A DNA stretch of 64,000 nucleotides. Source: Phoronis australis (taxonomy: Eukaryota > Animalia > Phoronida). The stretch spans positions 655,298 to 719,297 of the forward strand of contig NMRA01000053.1 in NCBI GenBank assembly GCA_002633005.1, given 5' to 3'. The position numbers and the translations under genes are program-made. Position 1 is the stretch's first letter, and the number at the start of each line of letters is the position of its first letter. Below the pieces are notes generated by a model. It saw nothing but the letters and a program-made list of their open reading frames with translations, was not told the origin of the DNA and ran no database searches. Of this stretch, positions 1 to 12,800 are shown piece by piece.

Positions 1-766
1 TAGGCCTATGTGAACCGTAAATCAAAAACTGTCCGATAACTATGCTGCTATTGGGCAAGCAGACGACATAAAGGGTCGGAACCGAAGTTTGAATTTTGAA
101 ATTAATTACCAGTAGCATTGCCAAAAGTACTCACAATACCAACACTTCTACTATTGAAAGACTTTGAAAAGCGTTTCAATACCGAAATTAATATAAATTA
201 ATGTTTTTTTCGCTGTTTTGGACAGTAAAGTAGATGCAGGTATTTCTCGTCAAATTAAAACTGACCGGAAACTGCAGCAGATAGGTCAGGAGAGTTCAAC
301 TCAGCTCGTAAGAATATGCCGGAGTTGTGAATCTGTTGTCTATAATCTATGGTTGGACCAATAACGTCAACCCTCGCAAATGCACGTGGTTGTCAACTGA
401 TGGATGACGGCAAATGGAACGTACTGCATACGCTGAAACTGTATTCATTCCCGCAACCTTTGAAAGATACCTTTAAACATATTTAAATTGAATGAAATAA
501 ACCAGAGATGCATGTCAACACGTCTTCGTCAAGATACTACCTGAAACCTAAATTTCAAATTTTATTTAACTGTAATCATGCGGTGACTAATTTGCCTAGA
601 AATCTTCGGAGTGAATCCTTGACGATTTGGCTGTTTGGATACCTAAACAGACATTTAACCCTTTGGATTGACAAGTGGCCAAAACATCCTTATCATGTAG
701 GTCTACGAGTTTTATGAATTCGGCTCCAACCTGCACAATGTTTGAAAATAACAACATTGAACTTAC

Positions 767-867
767 GTGCTGAAACTCGTCCGCGCTCTGACTGCATAGG
801 CTTACCGTGCTGCTGTTGGGTGTACTCGTCTCGTCTAAGCACTTTGGAATGGTTTGTTCATGCGATT
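767..867 (-). CDS. Gene A 101-nt repeat exon (phase 1-0), (E)SHEQTIPKCLDETSTPNSSTVSLCSQSADEFQH
   Basis: ttag acceptor, GTAAGT donor, open frame; same length in all four copies. Confidence 0.75.
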
Positions 868-3800
868 CTAAGTTAAAAAACAACATAAGAAACAATCGCC
901 TTTCGCATCGTGTTCAAGATGAAAATTTCGGGTAACAGCCGAGTTGTGGAGCAAAATGGTGGCAAAGCTCAAAGGTAAATACCAAAACAAAGCGTTGTTA
1001 TGGGCCCATAAAAGATGTAAGATCACGTGTAAAATAACTTTGCCTCCTGCAAATTTATGTTTTGATTATTGTTCGACACCGTCGATGCTGTATGTCTTAC
1101 AATGTCCAGTTAAGAAAGAGGCCTGATAAAAATAAAACATTAAAGCTACTTTCATTTCGTCTTCCTCATCGCATCTCCATCCTTCCTATTCCTCGCCTAT
1201 CCCTTCCATATTTTGTGCAGTCAATACTTTTTTGAAGGTAGGTCTTTCCATTCTAGGCAAGTTATCTAAATCCAAAAGTACTTTTTTCCCGTCCCCAATC
1301 CGTGGTTTCTATTGCATGACGTTGTCTGTTAACTAAACATGAATGTTTTGAAATGAGCTCTTTCCAATCCTACCTTCGTCATGGACGTAGTGCTGTGAAC
1401 CACTCGCCGGAGCGCATGACTGTGAAAAAATACAATACTGTATGAACTATGGAAATAAAAACAGAGTGGAAGTGGCCTAGTGCCTTTTTCGGTACATCAG
1501 GTGGGTTTAGGAAGCATAGCCGGGCCCATTACACTAATTACCTGATTATGACTCATGTGGACCCGACATCATGGGTTTCCAATTATGGACATCTGGTTTG
1601 AATTCTAATTTGATTAATGGTTTATTCAGCAATACTCTAACGTCCGGACAATCCGCTTGATTTAGTTGATTTCAAGTGTAGTATCAGTTGGACCCATAAC
1701 GTCAACCCTCGCAAATGCACGTGGTTGTCAACTGATCGATGACTGCAAATGGAACGTACTGCATACGCTGAAACTGTATTCATTCCCGCAACCTTTGAAA
1801 GATACCTTTAAACATTTTTAAATTGAATGAAATAACCAAGGGATGCATGTCAACACGTCTTCGTCAAGATACTACCTGAAACCTATATTTCAAATTTTAT
1901 TTTAACTGTAATCAGGCGGTGAATAATTTGCCTAGAAATATTCGAAGTAAATCCTTGAGGATTTGGCTGTTTGGATACCTAAACAGACATTTAACCCTTT
2001 GGATTGACAAGTGGCCAAAACATGTAGGTCTACAAGTTTTATGAATTCGGCTCCAGCCTGCACAATGTTTGAAAATAACAACATTGAACTTACGTGCTGA
2101 AACTCGTCCACGCTCTGGCTGCATAGGCTTACCGTGCTGCTGTTGGGTGTACTCGTTTCGTCTAAGCACTTTGGAATGGTTTGTCTAGGCGATTCTACGT
2201 TAAAAACAGCATAAAAACAATCGCCTTTCGCTTCGTGTTCAAGATGAAAATTTTGGGTAACAGCGGAAATGTGGAGCAAAATGATGGCAAAGCTCAAAGG
2301 TAAATACCAAAGCAAAGCGTTGTTATGGGCCCATAAAAGATGCAAGATCACGTGTAAAATAACTTTGCCTCCTGCAAACGCATGTTTTGGTCATTGTTCG
2401 ACACATTCGGTGCTGTATTAATTACAATGTCCAGTTAAGAAGCAAGCCTGATAAGAAATAAAACATTAAAGCCACTTTTAGTTCGTCTTCCTCATCACAA
2501 CTCCATCCTTCCTATTCCTCGTCTATCCCTTCCATCTTTTATGCCACCAATACTTTTTTGAAGGTGTCTTTTCCATTCTGGCATGTCATCTTCATCCAAA
2601 AGTAATTTTTTCCCGTCCCCAATCCGTGGTTTCTATTGCATGACGTTGTCTGTTAACTTAACATGATTGTTTTGAAATGAGCTCTTTCCAAACTTACCTT
2701 CGTCATCGCCGTACTGCTGTGAACCACTCGGTGGAGCACAGGACTGTGAAATGAAAATAGAGCACTTTAGAAACTATGGACATCAGGTTAAAATTCTAAT
2801 TTTATTAAATGGTTTATTCACTACAATAGGATTTATTTTGAGATGATTTCAGTGTAGTGTCAGTTGGCGTTAGAACGTCAACCCTCGTCAATGCACACGG
2901 TTGTCAACTGATGAATAAGGGCAAATGAAACGTACTGCACACGCTCAAACAGAATGCATTCCCACAACCGGTGAAAGCTACCTGTAAACATAACTAAACT
3001 GAATGAAATAACTCAGAGCTGCAGGTCAACAAGTCTTGATTAAGATACTACCTGAAACTAATTTCAATTTTGATTTTTAATTGGAATCAGGTGGTGAGTA
3101 ACTTGCCTTGACAAATTTGAAATAAATCCTTGAGAATTTGGCTGTTTGAATACCTAAACATACTTTTAACCCTTTGGATTGACAGGTGACCCTTGGGTCT
3201 ATAACAATTTTATGAATTAGGCTCCAGACTGAACCATGTGTGAAAATGAAAACGTTGAACTTACGTGTTGGAAATCGTCCGCGCTCTGGCTGCATAGGCC
3301 TACCATGCAGCTGTTCTGTGTATTCGTTACGTCTAACCACATTGCAAAGGTTTGTTCAGTCGATCCTGAGTTGAAAAACAACATAAGAAACAATCGCCTT
3401 TCGCTTCGTGTTCAAGATGAAAATGGGTAACAGCTGAGTTGCGGAGCATAATGACAAATATAAGCTCAATGGTCAAAACCAACGGAAAGCGTTGTTATGA
3501 AACCATAACTGTGCAAGTTCACGTTTAAAATAAATTCACCTCTTGCAAACGCAAGTTTCGATCCCTATTCAACGCCGTCAACGCTTTTAATTCATTCTCC
3601 TCATCACACCTCCATTCTTACTTTTTTCTGTCCCTTCCATATTTTGTGGCCGGCACTACTTTTTAACGGTAAGCTTTTCCCTTTCTGGGCATGTTATCTG
3701 TAAGTTATTCTTTCCTGTTCCCAATCCATGCTTTCTATTGCATGACGTTGTCTGTTAACTATACATGTATGTTTTGAAGTGAGCTCTTTCCAATCTTACC

Positions 3801-6800
3801 TTCGTCATCGACGTAGTGCTGTGAACCACTCGCCGGAGTGCGTGACTGTGAAACAAGATACAGTGTTGTATGAAATATGAACAAAAGGTTTGAATACTAA
3901 TTTGATTAATCGTTTATTCTGCAATACTCTAACGTCACCACAATAGGCTTCATTTCACGTGTAGTATTAGTTGGACCGAGATCGTGAACCCTCGCCAATG
4001 CAACTGATGGGTGAGAGCAAATGGAACAAATTGCACACGCTGAAACTGTTTTTATTTCCACAACCAGTGAAAGCAACATTTTAACATATTTAAATTGAAC
4101 AATCCAGAGTGCATGTCAACACGTTTTCGTCAAAATACTGCCTGAAACCTCAATTTGAAAAAAAATGATTTGGAATGTAATTAAGTAGTGACTAATTCGC
4201 CTTGAAATATTTGAAATAAAGCCTTGAGGCTTTGGCTGTTTGAATACATAAACACATTTTAACCCCTTGGATTGAGAGGTGGACCTTAGAAATACAACAG
4301 TTTTATGAATCAGGTTCCAGCCTGCGCGATGTTTGGAAATAACAACGTTGAACTTACCAGTGGGAACTCGTCTGAGCTCTGATCACTCACTCTTTCCATA
4401 CAATTGGTAATTATGTCCGCTGCGTCCAACCGGTTTAGAAGTGTTTGATCAGACGACTCTGCATAAAAACATCAAACAATTGTCTTTCACTTCGATTTCA
4501 AGACGAAATTTTCTGGAAACAGTAGACTTACTGAGCAATATGATGGCAAGTTCAGACTCAAGGGTCAAAACCAACGCAAAGCGTTGATATTCCCCGTAGT
4601 CCGTTGCAAACGGCATGTTTTTAAACGTGCTTCTCAGCTTCATGTAAGTTATAAGGTGACAAAAACTTGAACACAAAGGGATAGTTGAAACATACAGGAA
4701 TGACTACATGTAGTTCCTCACCTTCTTAAACTAACTTCAATCCATACAGTTTGAAAACAGATTTTATCAGATTCAACAATCAAATAAAAAAATCGAAGTA
4801 GGACACAGCCTTAGGCATTCAAAATTGGCAGGTGTTGTATACACTAAGCGTAATCGCGACTTTCTCGGAAATTGTATTCCATAGAGAGTTTTGTTCGTAA
4901 GGCGTTATTTAATTCGCGGTAAACGGGCAAATTTGAATTAATCATGATGCATATTCTTATTTATTTTTCACATGAACTTAACTTATTTTACAATCCCAAC
5001 GACATAACATCATCACATTCTCGTGGAAAATCGTGATATTGAAAATGGCTCATTCTTATGCTGTGCTCTTCGGGGTAAAGTATCATAAACATGTCGAAAA
5101 AATCATGAAATGCAGTTCTTTGAATCGAGTGATAACTTTATAGACAAACTAAAATTACAAACTAAACAAAAGTGTTACTTTCACAACTTCGCCCTCCTGC
5201 TCAAAGCTCCGTCCTTCATATTTATTTCACCTTGGTTCTTTCCATATTTTGTGCCAGTCAACACTTTTTTGAAGGTACAGTATATCATTTCTCATTTCAT
5301 TATTTACGTCAACTTCTCGACAAAATGCCGAAAAGACAGCATCAACCACAGAATCAACTACTTCTGTCAGCTTATGAATAGTATTCACGTATAAATGAAA
5401 TGTTCCAGTTAGCGTTTTTAAGTACAGGTGAGTAGAAGTCTAAATAATCCACCGTTTTTGGACTTCGTGACCTACATGTACCAGCCTTTTCCGCGCTACA
5501 TCGTGACACAACATATTGACACGGTATGGAGTAAATTAGCGCATTAATGAGACAAGCCTGCACGAGTTGTCGTGTAAAATCCGTACACGTTAGCAAATGA
5601 CACGTTTTAGCCTTCCATTGCCTTCAGGCAAATTAACTGGAGCAGGGTGTTTTAAATGCTAACAAGTGAAAGAACAATTGTTCCTGGTTCATGGAGCCCC
5701 TGTTTCTAGGATTTTGTGCAGATTTGTTTTTAATATGCACGGCAGACGGTTGAACTTGGACACCCTTGAAATTCTGGGTCGAAATGTTGTAAACCATGGT
5801 GCATTTTTATCTGCAGTGTGCTGTTGACGACCAGAACCAAGCTTACCTTTCTTCTGACACTGTTGCCCTGGACCCGCGTCAGGTGTTTCTGTCTATGGAA
5901 CAAAAATAAGTAACATCCAATATTATGTTATGACATTGATCGTGCAGATTGTAACTATGATGATCTACTTTTTTACATTAGATACATTCTCTCATGGAAC
6001 TTCCCATACATAAGGCAAGTCAAATATCGAAGTGTGTCATCGCGTGTTTGACTGTCATTTGGCGGTCGACAGGTGGGGCAAACAATAATAATGTAGATGC
6101 CTCAATCTATCGCCGCCTCCAGGTGGAGACATCTATGTTAATTTAGAGGGTCCCACTTTTAAAGCTCAAAAAACGGATTGTATCAGAACGTCAAAATTAC
6201 TTATTCTTATTTAAATAACATGAGCAAAATTCATTTTCGCATTACTTGACTTAGTGTATTATGTTTGTCGTATTCTGGGAACCATAGATCACCTGGCACC
6301 CTTAATAATAAATATTGATTAGCTCTGATTTCAAGACCCCCTACTTTAGTCAAAAACAATTCTGATGAATAAGTATAGACTTGTTGAAAACACTAAAAAA
6401 TTGTTCGAAATTTTTCTTTGGTTTCAATTCCGAACAATTCAAAACCAATCAAATGAATTGCGAAAAACACCGACTCACCTACTTTAATGCGTGTCTTTAT
6501 ACGTTCTTGGTAAAAAGCCACGGCTGCAAATTTTAGTGAACATTTCAATTCAATTTTCCATCGTACCTTGTATCGCGTTCAGTGTCCACTGGACAACAGT
6601 GAAATAAATGTAATTAGCCACACGAAGAAAGTAAACTTCGGCAATCTTGAATACGCTACTTTGGTGGCATCGATTTTACAGAGAACAAAATCAGTCTTGG
6701 TATTAGTTTTTCGAATTCCTTAAAATTTTGGACATCGGAAAGTGTTTACATGTACTTGCCTCTTGGCTGTATCCACGGCTACTCCAGGCGCTGGCTACAG

Positions 6801-9800
6801 TTTGCATGGAATATTGATCACGTCCATATCCTGACCAATTAAGAAAATCATTGTTAGGCTACTCATTTGAATGACCTTCCCTCTATCCCATGATCCCCCT
6901 CTCCTGCTCACCCTCGTTCGCTTCTCTGTTTAATTTGAAACATTTGAGAAAGAACACAATCCATGTCCACATTTCCTAGCAAACGTAATTTTGATAAGCT
7001 CCCAATGGTCTTTGTTTAGATCTGTTTAACGGTGATATTTTTTATTTCCGTCAAGCACTAACTTAGTAGCAAGTGAATATCCATACACTAAACTAAAACA
7101 AAAAAGTAACAGTGATCTGTTCTGTGGAAAACGACATTCCAGTTATTCTTAACCTTAACTGACAGCTTGTACTATTGGTGGCAATCAAATCTTGCATTAG
7201 GTGTAAGTTAATACACCGATTGTCTTTAGTAGACTTGTAGAGCGTAAGTGGAGTGTTGTTCTCACCAGAAGAGAACTTAAAGATAATTTACCCAGACAAA
7301 ATATATTTTGCATCTTCCTCAGAAAGGAGTAGTATGACAAAGTGTACACGATATAATAGCAGCAACGTACACACCTGAATCCAGTGACTGTGTAACTGCT
7401 TCACTTGTATTACACACACTTCTCTGAAAAACAACATAGCAATCATGCAGTTGACTTTCAGGAACTTGACACCATTTGAAGACATCTCATCAGGTTGCAA
7501 ACAAAGTGGTTGCAGTTGGAAAATTACACGAACGTTGCTCCCAATAACAATTGTAGATTCTTATTTTTTCTGATTTTCCCCACGCAGCACAGAATTGATT
7601 AATGATTGAAGTAATTTCTGGGTGTGATAAAGCAACTATGAAGTCTGAGTACTTCTTCATGGAGTTTAAGGCAGTCAGTTCTGACGTAAGTAAACTGACG
7701 AAGTGTAGGCAACTTAGAACGAGTGGCTGTCAATACTCTAGATCTAAATAACTTTGAACAGCAAAGTTAGGCAAGTCCGTAAAAACGGACACACTTTATA
7801 TGTTTTTCATTTTCGATACTCATACATTAAAATGCAAATATACCAGGGTTTTCATTTTTCAAGCGATTCTCACAAAAGAGTGGCCAGCACTATTGTAACG
7901 TTTATTCTTACTCGAGGTCATCGGCCCACAGAACTTACATATCAAACACAACTATGAAATAAGTAAATACGCAACATTTTCTACTATCGAACAAAAATTG
8001 CGTTTTTGGAGCGTGTACTAGTCATCCGAAAATGATATCAACAATTTACAAGAAAAAACGTAACCCTGCATTCAGCATAATACCTAATCCGTAACACTAA
8101 GATCGCCGTAGTTTGGTCATATTTACTTTTCATGTATCGAACCCAGTTTTCTGAAAAAAAGACTTATACCCTTTCGTCAGACAACTCTTTGGTGCATTGA
8201 CTTGTTGTCTAATGTATTTTTCTACGTCTCTGCGGTTAATTATCGACACATTTTAAGATTTAAAATACAGCTTGGACTCGAAAGACCGGCCATTTAACTC
8301 GGGCAATGTCGAATTCCGCTTTGTTTAGCGCAGTAAGCCTCGCTTTGGATTTTAACGTCCGCTTCGTGAATTAGGCCTATGTGAAGCGTACAATCAGTCG
8401 AATCACTCCAATAATCGACGCTTCTTATGCTCATCTTAGAAGAGTCGCATTTGCCAAGATGAGGCTACGATTGATTTGGCATATCGAGAGGTCATGAAAA
8501 AACCAGAAACAAATACTAAACTCATAAAAATTACTACTAAGGAGGTTAGCACAAGTGGGAACTGTCCAACTAAATAAGTGTTATTCTTTACTTAATAAAA
8601 TCTCGTCTGCTAAGTTTCATGAGGATCCTTAATCAAACTTGGTAGATAATGAGGGAAACGCAAAAATTAAAACTGCCACTAGCGGCGTAGCAACCTTAAA
8701 AACTGTCCAAAAGCAACGCCAACTAAATAACATTTGTCAAATTTTGTAACGAATTTCCAAACCATAATATTGAAAAGTTCTTCGTACAAAGTCTATGAGT
8801 TCGTAGCAGCTAACATTTTCGGCTATGGGTTCTATGGCCTTTGTCAAACTAATGACGTTGTGAGTGGGTTGGATGTGTGACATCTTGGGGACATTTATCG
8901 GTCATCTCTTCTGCTTGTAGTACTCTGCAACGCCGTAGATATTTGGCTAAGCATACTGACCGATATCTCTATTCACGCAGACACCTTGTTTTTTAATGTG
9001 AGAAGCCTGTCAAATGAACTTGCTTCGCGACTTTTCGAACCGTTTGGCAAGTAAAAAAATGCCAGAAACAGAGACAGTATATTTTAATGACTTGGTAAGT
9101 TGCAAAAAAGAAAGATTAATGGAAAAAAACGGACACTAGCGTAGAAAACATGCCTGAGCCGTTCAAAAATGTGCAGGTGCTGCCTTTGTCTTATCAGAAA
9201 AGCATTTGTCCAGTATGATGAAATTCCAGAGAAGTAGTTACTGAGCAGACTGAAAGAGTTATAATTGTCACGAGGGGCACAGCAGTACTCAAATCCGTCT
9301 ATAAGTTAACGTTAGCCGTTCTCTTTAGAACTGGGAGACGCCCGCCAATATTGATGGCAATCCTTAAAAGAACTTTGAAGACTGAGGTAGGCGCAATCAT
9401 GCCACTATGGGCAGTAGTAATGGGGCTATTCGGAAAATCTGCAATAACTAGAGGGCGTGCGTGTACTAGTGGTGACAGGTTAACAGCCTCGATTTCACGA
9501 GCCCTTTAAGTACATGGTGAAATGTCTTGCAACCGTGCCAACTGAATCTGAGATTGCGTAAAAAGGGTGCTTCTATGAGAGGAAGTAAGCACGACCTCAT
9601 ACAAAGGTAAGGTTTGTGATTATTTTAACGATTATTCCATGATTATTCTACCGATGCCTGTTAACTGAGGCACTCGCCGATGTCGACTTCGCGGCAGTCA
9701 GTCGCCAGCCAGAGTCTGGTTAATCTTTGAATGTTGTGATATGTGATACGATACTTGACGTAGCAATCGGGATCTTTTCGTACATCAAAGCATTATTATT

Positions 9801-12800
9801 GTTTGGAATGATTTCTAAAAGTTTATCAGTGACAGTTACATCAATCAATGCTGAATGTTTATGCTGTCAACTCGATACAGGTTAATGAGTTAAGATTACA
9901 ATCCAATCCCAATGGCAAAGGGTACGTGAGTGATAAATATCCATTGCATTAGACTATTTGTTTACTCCCTATCATATGTCTTCTGGAAATCTATTACACG
10001 TTGAAATGGAAATCTATCACGTCAGTTTTCACGTAACCTTTGGTTTTTAGGTTTGAAGGCTTGTACCGTGCAGAGGAGATATGCATCGCTTCTGCACCGT
10101 CCCTGAATGGACAAAAATTGGTTTTTAGCATTTGACTGCAGCTAACCAACAAGATCTTCCCATCCAGTGCAGATCTGTTGTCAAAGCCTACTTTCAATAT
10201 TGGAGACAACGAACAAAGCCTTTGAAAAGGAACAGCTATTTTTAAAGTCATTTTGTTAAATTACTTATTCAGGTCCCGAGGGGGGATTGGCATGGGGGGT
10301 TGTAATATTTGGTACAACTGAATGTGTGGAAATAACAGGTAATACATGTTTGGGGAAAAGAGCATGGTGAGGTAATTCTTAACCTTCACGAAGTCCCTTC
10401 AAGTTGATTTCATGAAACTGTTTTGCTACTTGTATCAATTGTAAAACCACGAAAATATATTACATTTTCCGAATTCACAGTGACTGAATAGTCTTAACTC
10501 ATGCCTTGAAATGTTGCAAGTCGTTATAAATTCAAATGACTGCCATTTTTGTGAAAATTGCATTTTTGATGGTGCCTTACGATTTGTAATTACTCTTAAA
10601 CAACAGAAAGATTATCCATCATTTTTAAATGACCCAAGTCTTCATATCTTCTATTAGAAGAAAAACGGTTCCCTCAACCTTAGGCTAGAAGTATGCTTGA
10701 CAGACCCATGAACCTGTAATCTGAGTTTAAAATTGCTGAAAGTATCAAAATTAAAAAGGCTTGAAAATGGGTAACAAAGGTTTGAAGTTGTCTCAAAAAA
10801 CTTGTATATTTTACAGACAAGTGATGCGTTTAAAGAATTGTTATGGCTAGGGATAAAAAATAAAGACACAGTTTTATGCAATACTCATTATATACACCCT
10901 TGGTTTCTGAAAATAGTAATTATTTACTTTTATGTGAAACTGTAGACCAATCACCATATATTTTTGAAAAACAGGGATAACATTTTTGATCCAATCTGGA
11001 GTACTTAATTATTCATATTTCAATATTTGTTCCAGGTTCAGTGACATTTTAAGGCCACTTCAAGCTGTATCATAGACAAGCTTTGTTACTCCGTTCTCTT
11101 CCCACAGCACTTCCACACACCAGCAGTGCTGCATGGCACAATGTGCAAGTCAGTGGCCCTGGAGAAATGTGAATCGCAGTACTAAGTTACCATAAGACAA
11201 TGTGCCAGTGGAGTGTCTGTGTATCCAGACGAACTATATCTGACTGCTACACAAATAAGCCTTGTTGGTGAGGATGCCCTTTCATAGGCAATGAGTCATG
11301 TGTGGACAATAGCTTATTTCCTTTCCTGGAAGAAACATGAGGGACTGAAGCTAAAGAAGACCTAGTCACACTCTGGTCTAGTTCAGAGTCTGATTTTGGG
11401 CTCAAAACGATTCAAGTGATATGCTGCTGTGTTTACCTTCAAGGGTCTAATTGTGGATGTTATTGAGGCTGAATGAGGTTACATGAAAGAAAGCCACGTG
11501 TTGAAACTGGACCTTTTTTACAAGCGCTTCTATAGGCCATTGAAACTAGAACCCAGTGAAATGAAAGCCAAAAGCTGAGTGACATTAAATTTTCCTTTCA
11601 GAAGAAAGGCTTTATACTATTGGTAAAAACTTTTCAATTTGGTACAGATTATGGGGAAATGACATTCAGTGACTGCATCGATTGTCTTATTGTATGTTTT
11701 CAATTGTAGCTAGCTGGATAAGAATCTGCTATGCACAAGATTCGAGAATAAACAATTATCAGTGTATTTAAAAACAAATGGCAAACTGAAAAAGCACAGA
11801 AAGAAACAACATTGCGAGGGAGTCCATAATCAGGCATATCAGGTGCTGAATTTCTGAATTACGTTCAATTCTCTCAGGTTATTGCTGAAGGATTGCTTTT
11901 CACTTTGTCCAACGGTGAAATAGATGGTCAGGCGGTTGGTTTCAGTTGTTTTTTCTTGCCTGTAACAGAATAGAAATATTAGCAAATTGTAAAAGAAAAG
12001 ACAAGACAAAACTACTTTTGTAAGGCAGAACATACTTGACATTTCATCTTCATGTTTATGTGTAGAAACTAATAACCTTTGTACCCAAGTCTTATTTAAT
12101 ATCTGAATTAAAATATGTGAAACAGGCTAAAAGTGATTTAACAATGTGTATTTTTCATGACACTTAAAATGTGCTTCTGATCTCAACAAGCAAAATTCAT
12201 TCTAGGTGTCAATTTTTTTCCAATGCAATGTTACGACATTTACTGAATTAAGGCTTATTCATGTTAATTCAATAACTGGTCCTGGGGCTGGGGTACACGA
12301 TAAAATAAAGAAACTCGCTCATCTAGAGAATTTTATTGGAAACAGCATAGTTTTGAAGAGAAACTGCTGTGAAAAAGTCACTCTTGACTTCTGTGCATCA
12401 CGTACCATACACCTCTTACTTTGGGAGCGCTCCCACCCAGGACAATATGAATATGTGCTGCTAGCCTACCCGACATCGGATGAGTTTCCAAAAAGAAACA
12501 CTTAGTTCCACTCAATGAAACTGTTATTCAGTGGGGTAACTGGTGGGGATAACGTCACCGAACGATGTTGATAGAAAGTGATTGCTAAAAACTTACCAAG
12601 TAATGTGTAGTCTCCGAATGGAACTGCATAGTCATAGAGCACACACGGGGCTTCAGCATCCACACACTTTTTTTAGTTGACCCTGTTGACCGCAATTGTC
12701 CACGAATATAGTAACCTTAGGTCTTTTGGGAATTTGTGGCCACCTGTCGAAGACTTGCACCAGGGAAATTAGCAGTAATAAGGCTTAGCGCGACGACGTA

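Larger units (their letters stand above)
345..5900. repeat. Tandem segmental duplication, ~4 diverged copies of a ~1.1-1.3 kb unit carrying a two-exon cassette
   Basis: Motif gttggacc...aacgtcaaccctcgcaaatgcac recurs at ~352, ~1688, ~2862 and ~3970. Flanking intron sequence aligns by eye between copies; copies 1 and 2 are the most similar, copy 4 the most diverged. Confidence 0.9.

Noticed and set aside
400-645. Additional acceptor-like sites (tttag|GTATCC, tttcag|GTAGTA, ttaaag|GTATCT) repeated in each tandem unit
   Set aside because: No good donors and no frame compatible with the 46/101-nt exons; treated as intron.
1374-1419. YVHD, the caspase-1 site of pro-IL-1beta, in a gene A repeat
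   Set aside because: Present in only one copy (others YGDD, YVDD) and followed by Glu, a disfavoured P1' residue; likely chance.
6479-6523. 45-nt exon-like segment with GTGAGT donor
   Set aside because: Contains a stop in the phase 0 frame needed to fit the neighbouring exons; cannot be placed in the model.
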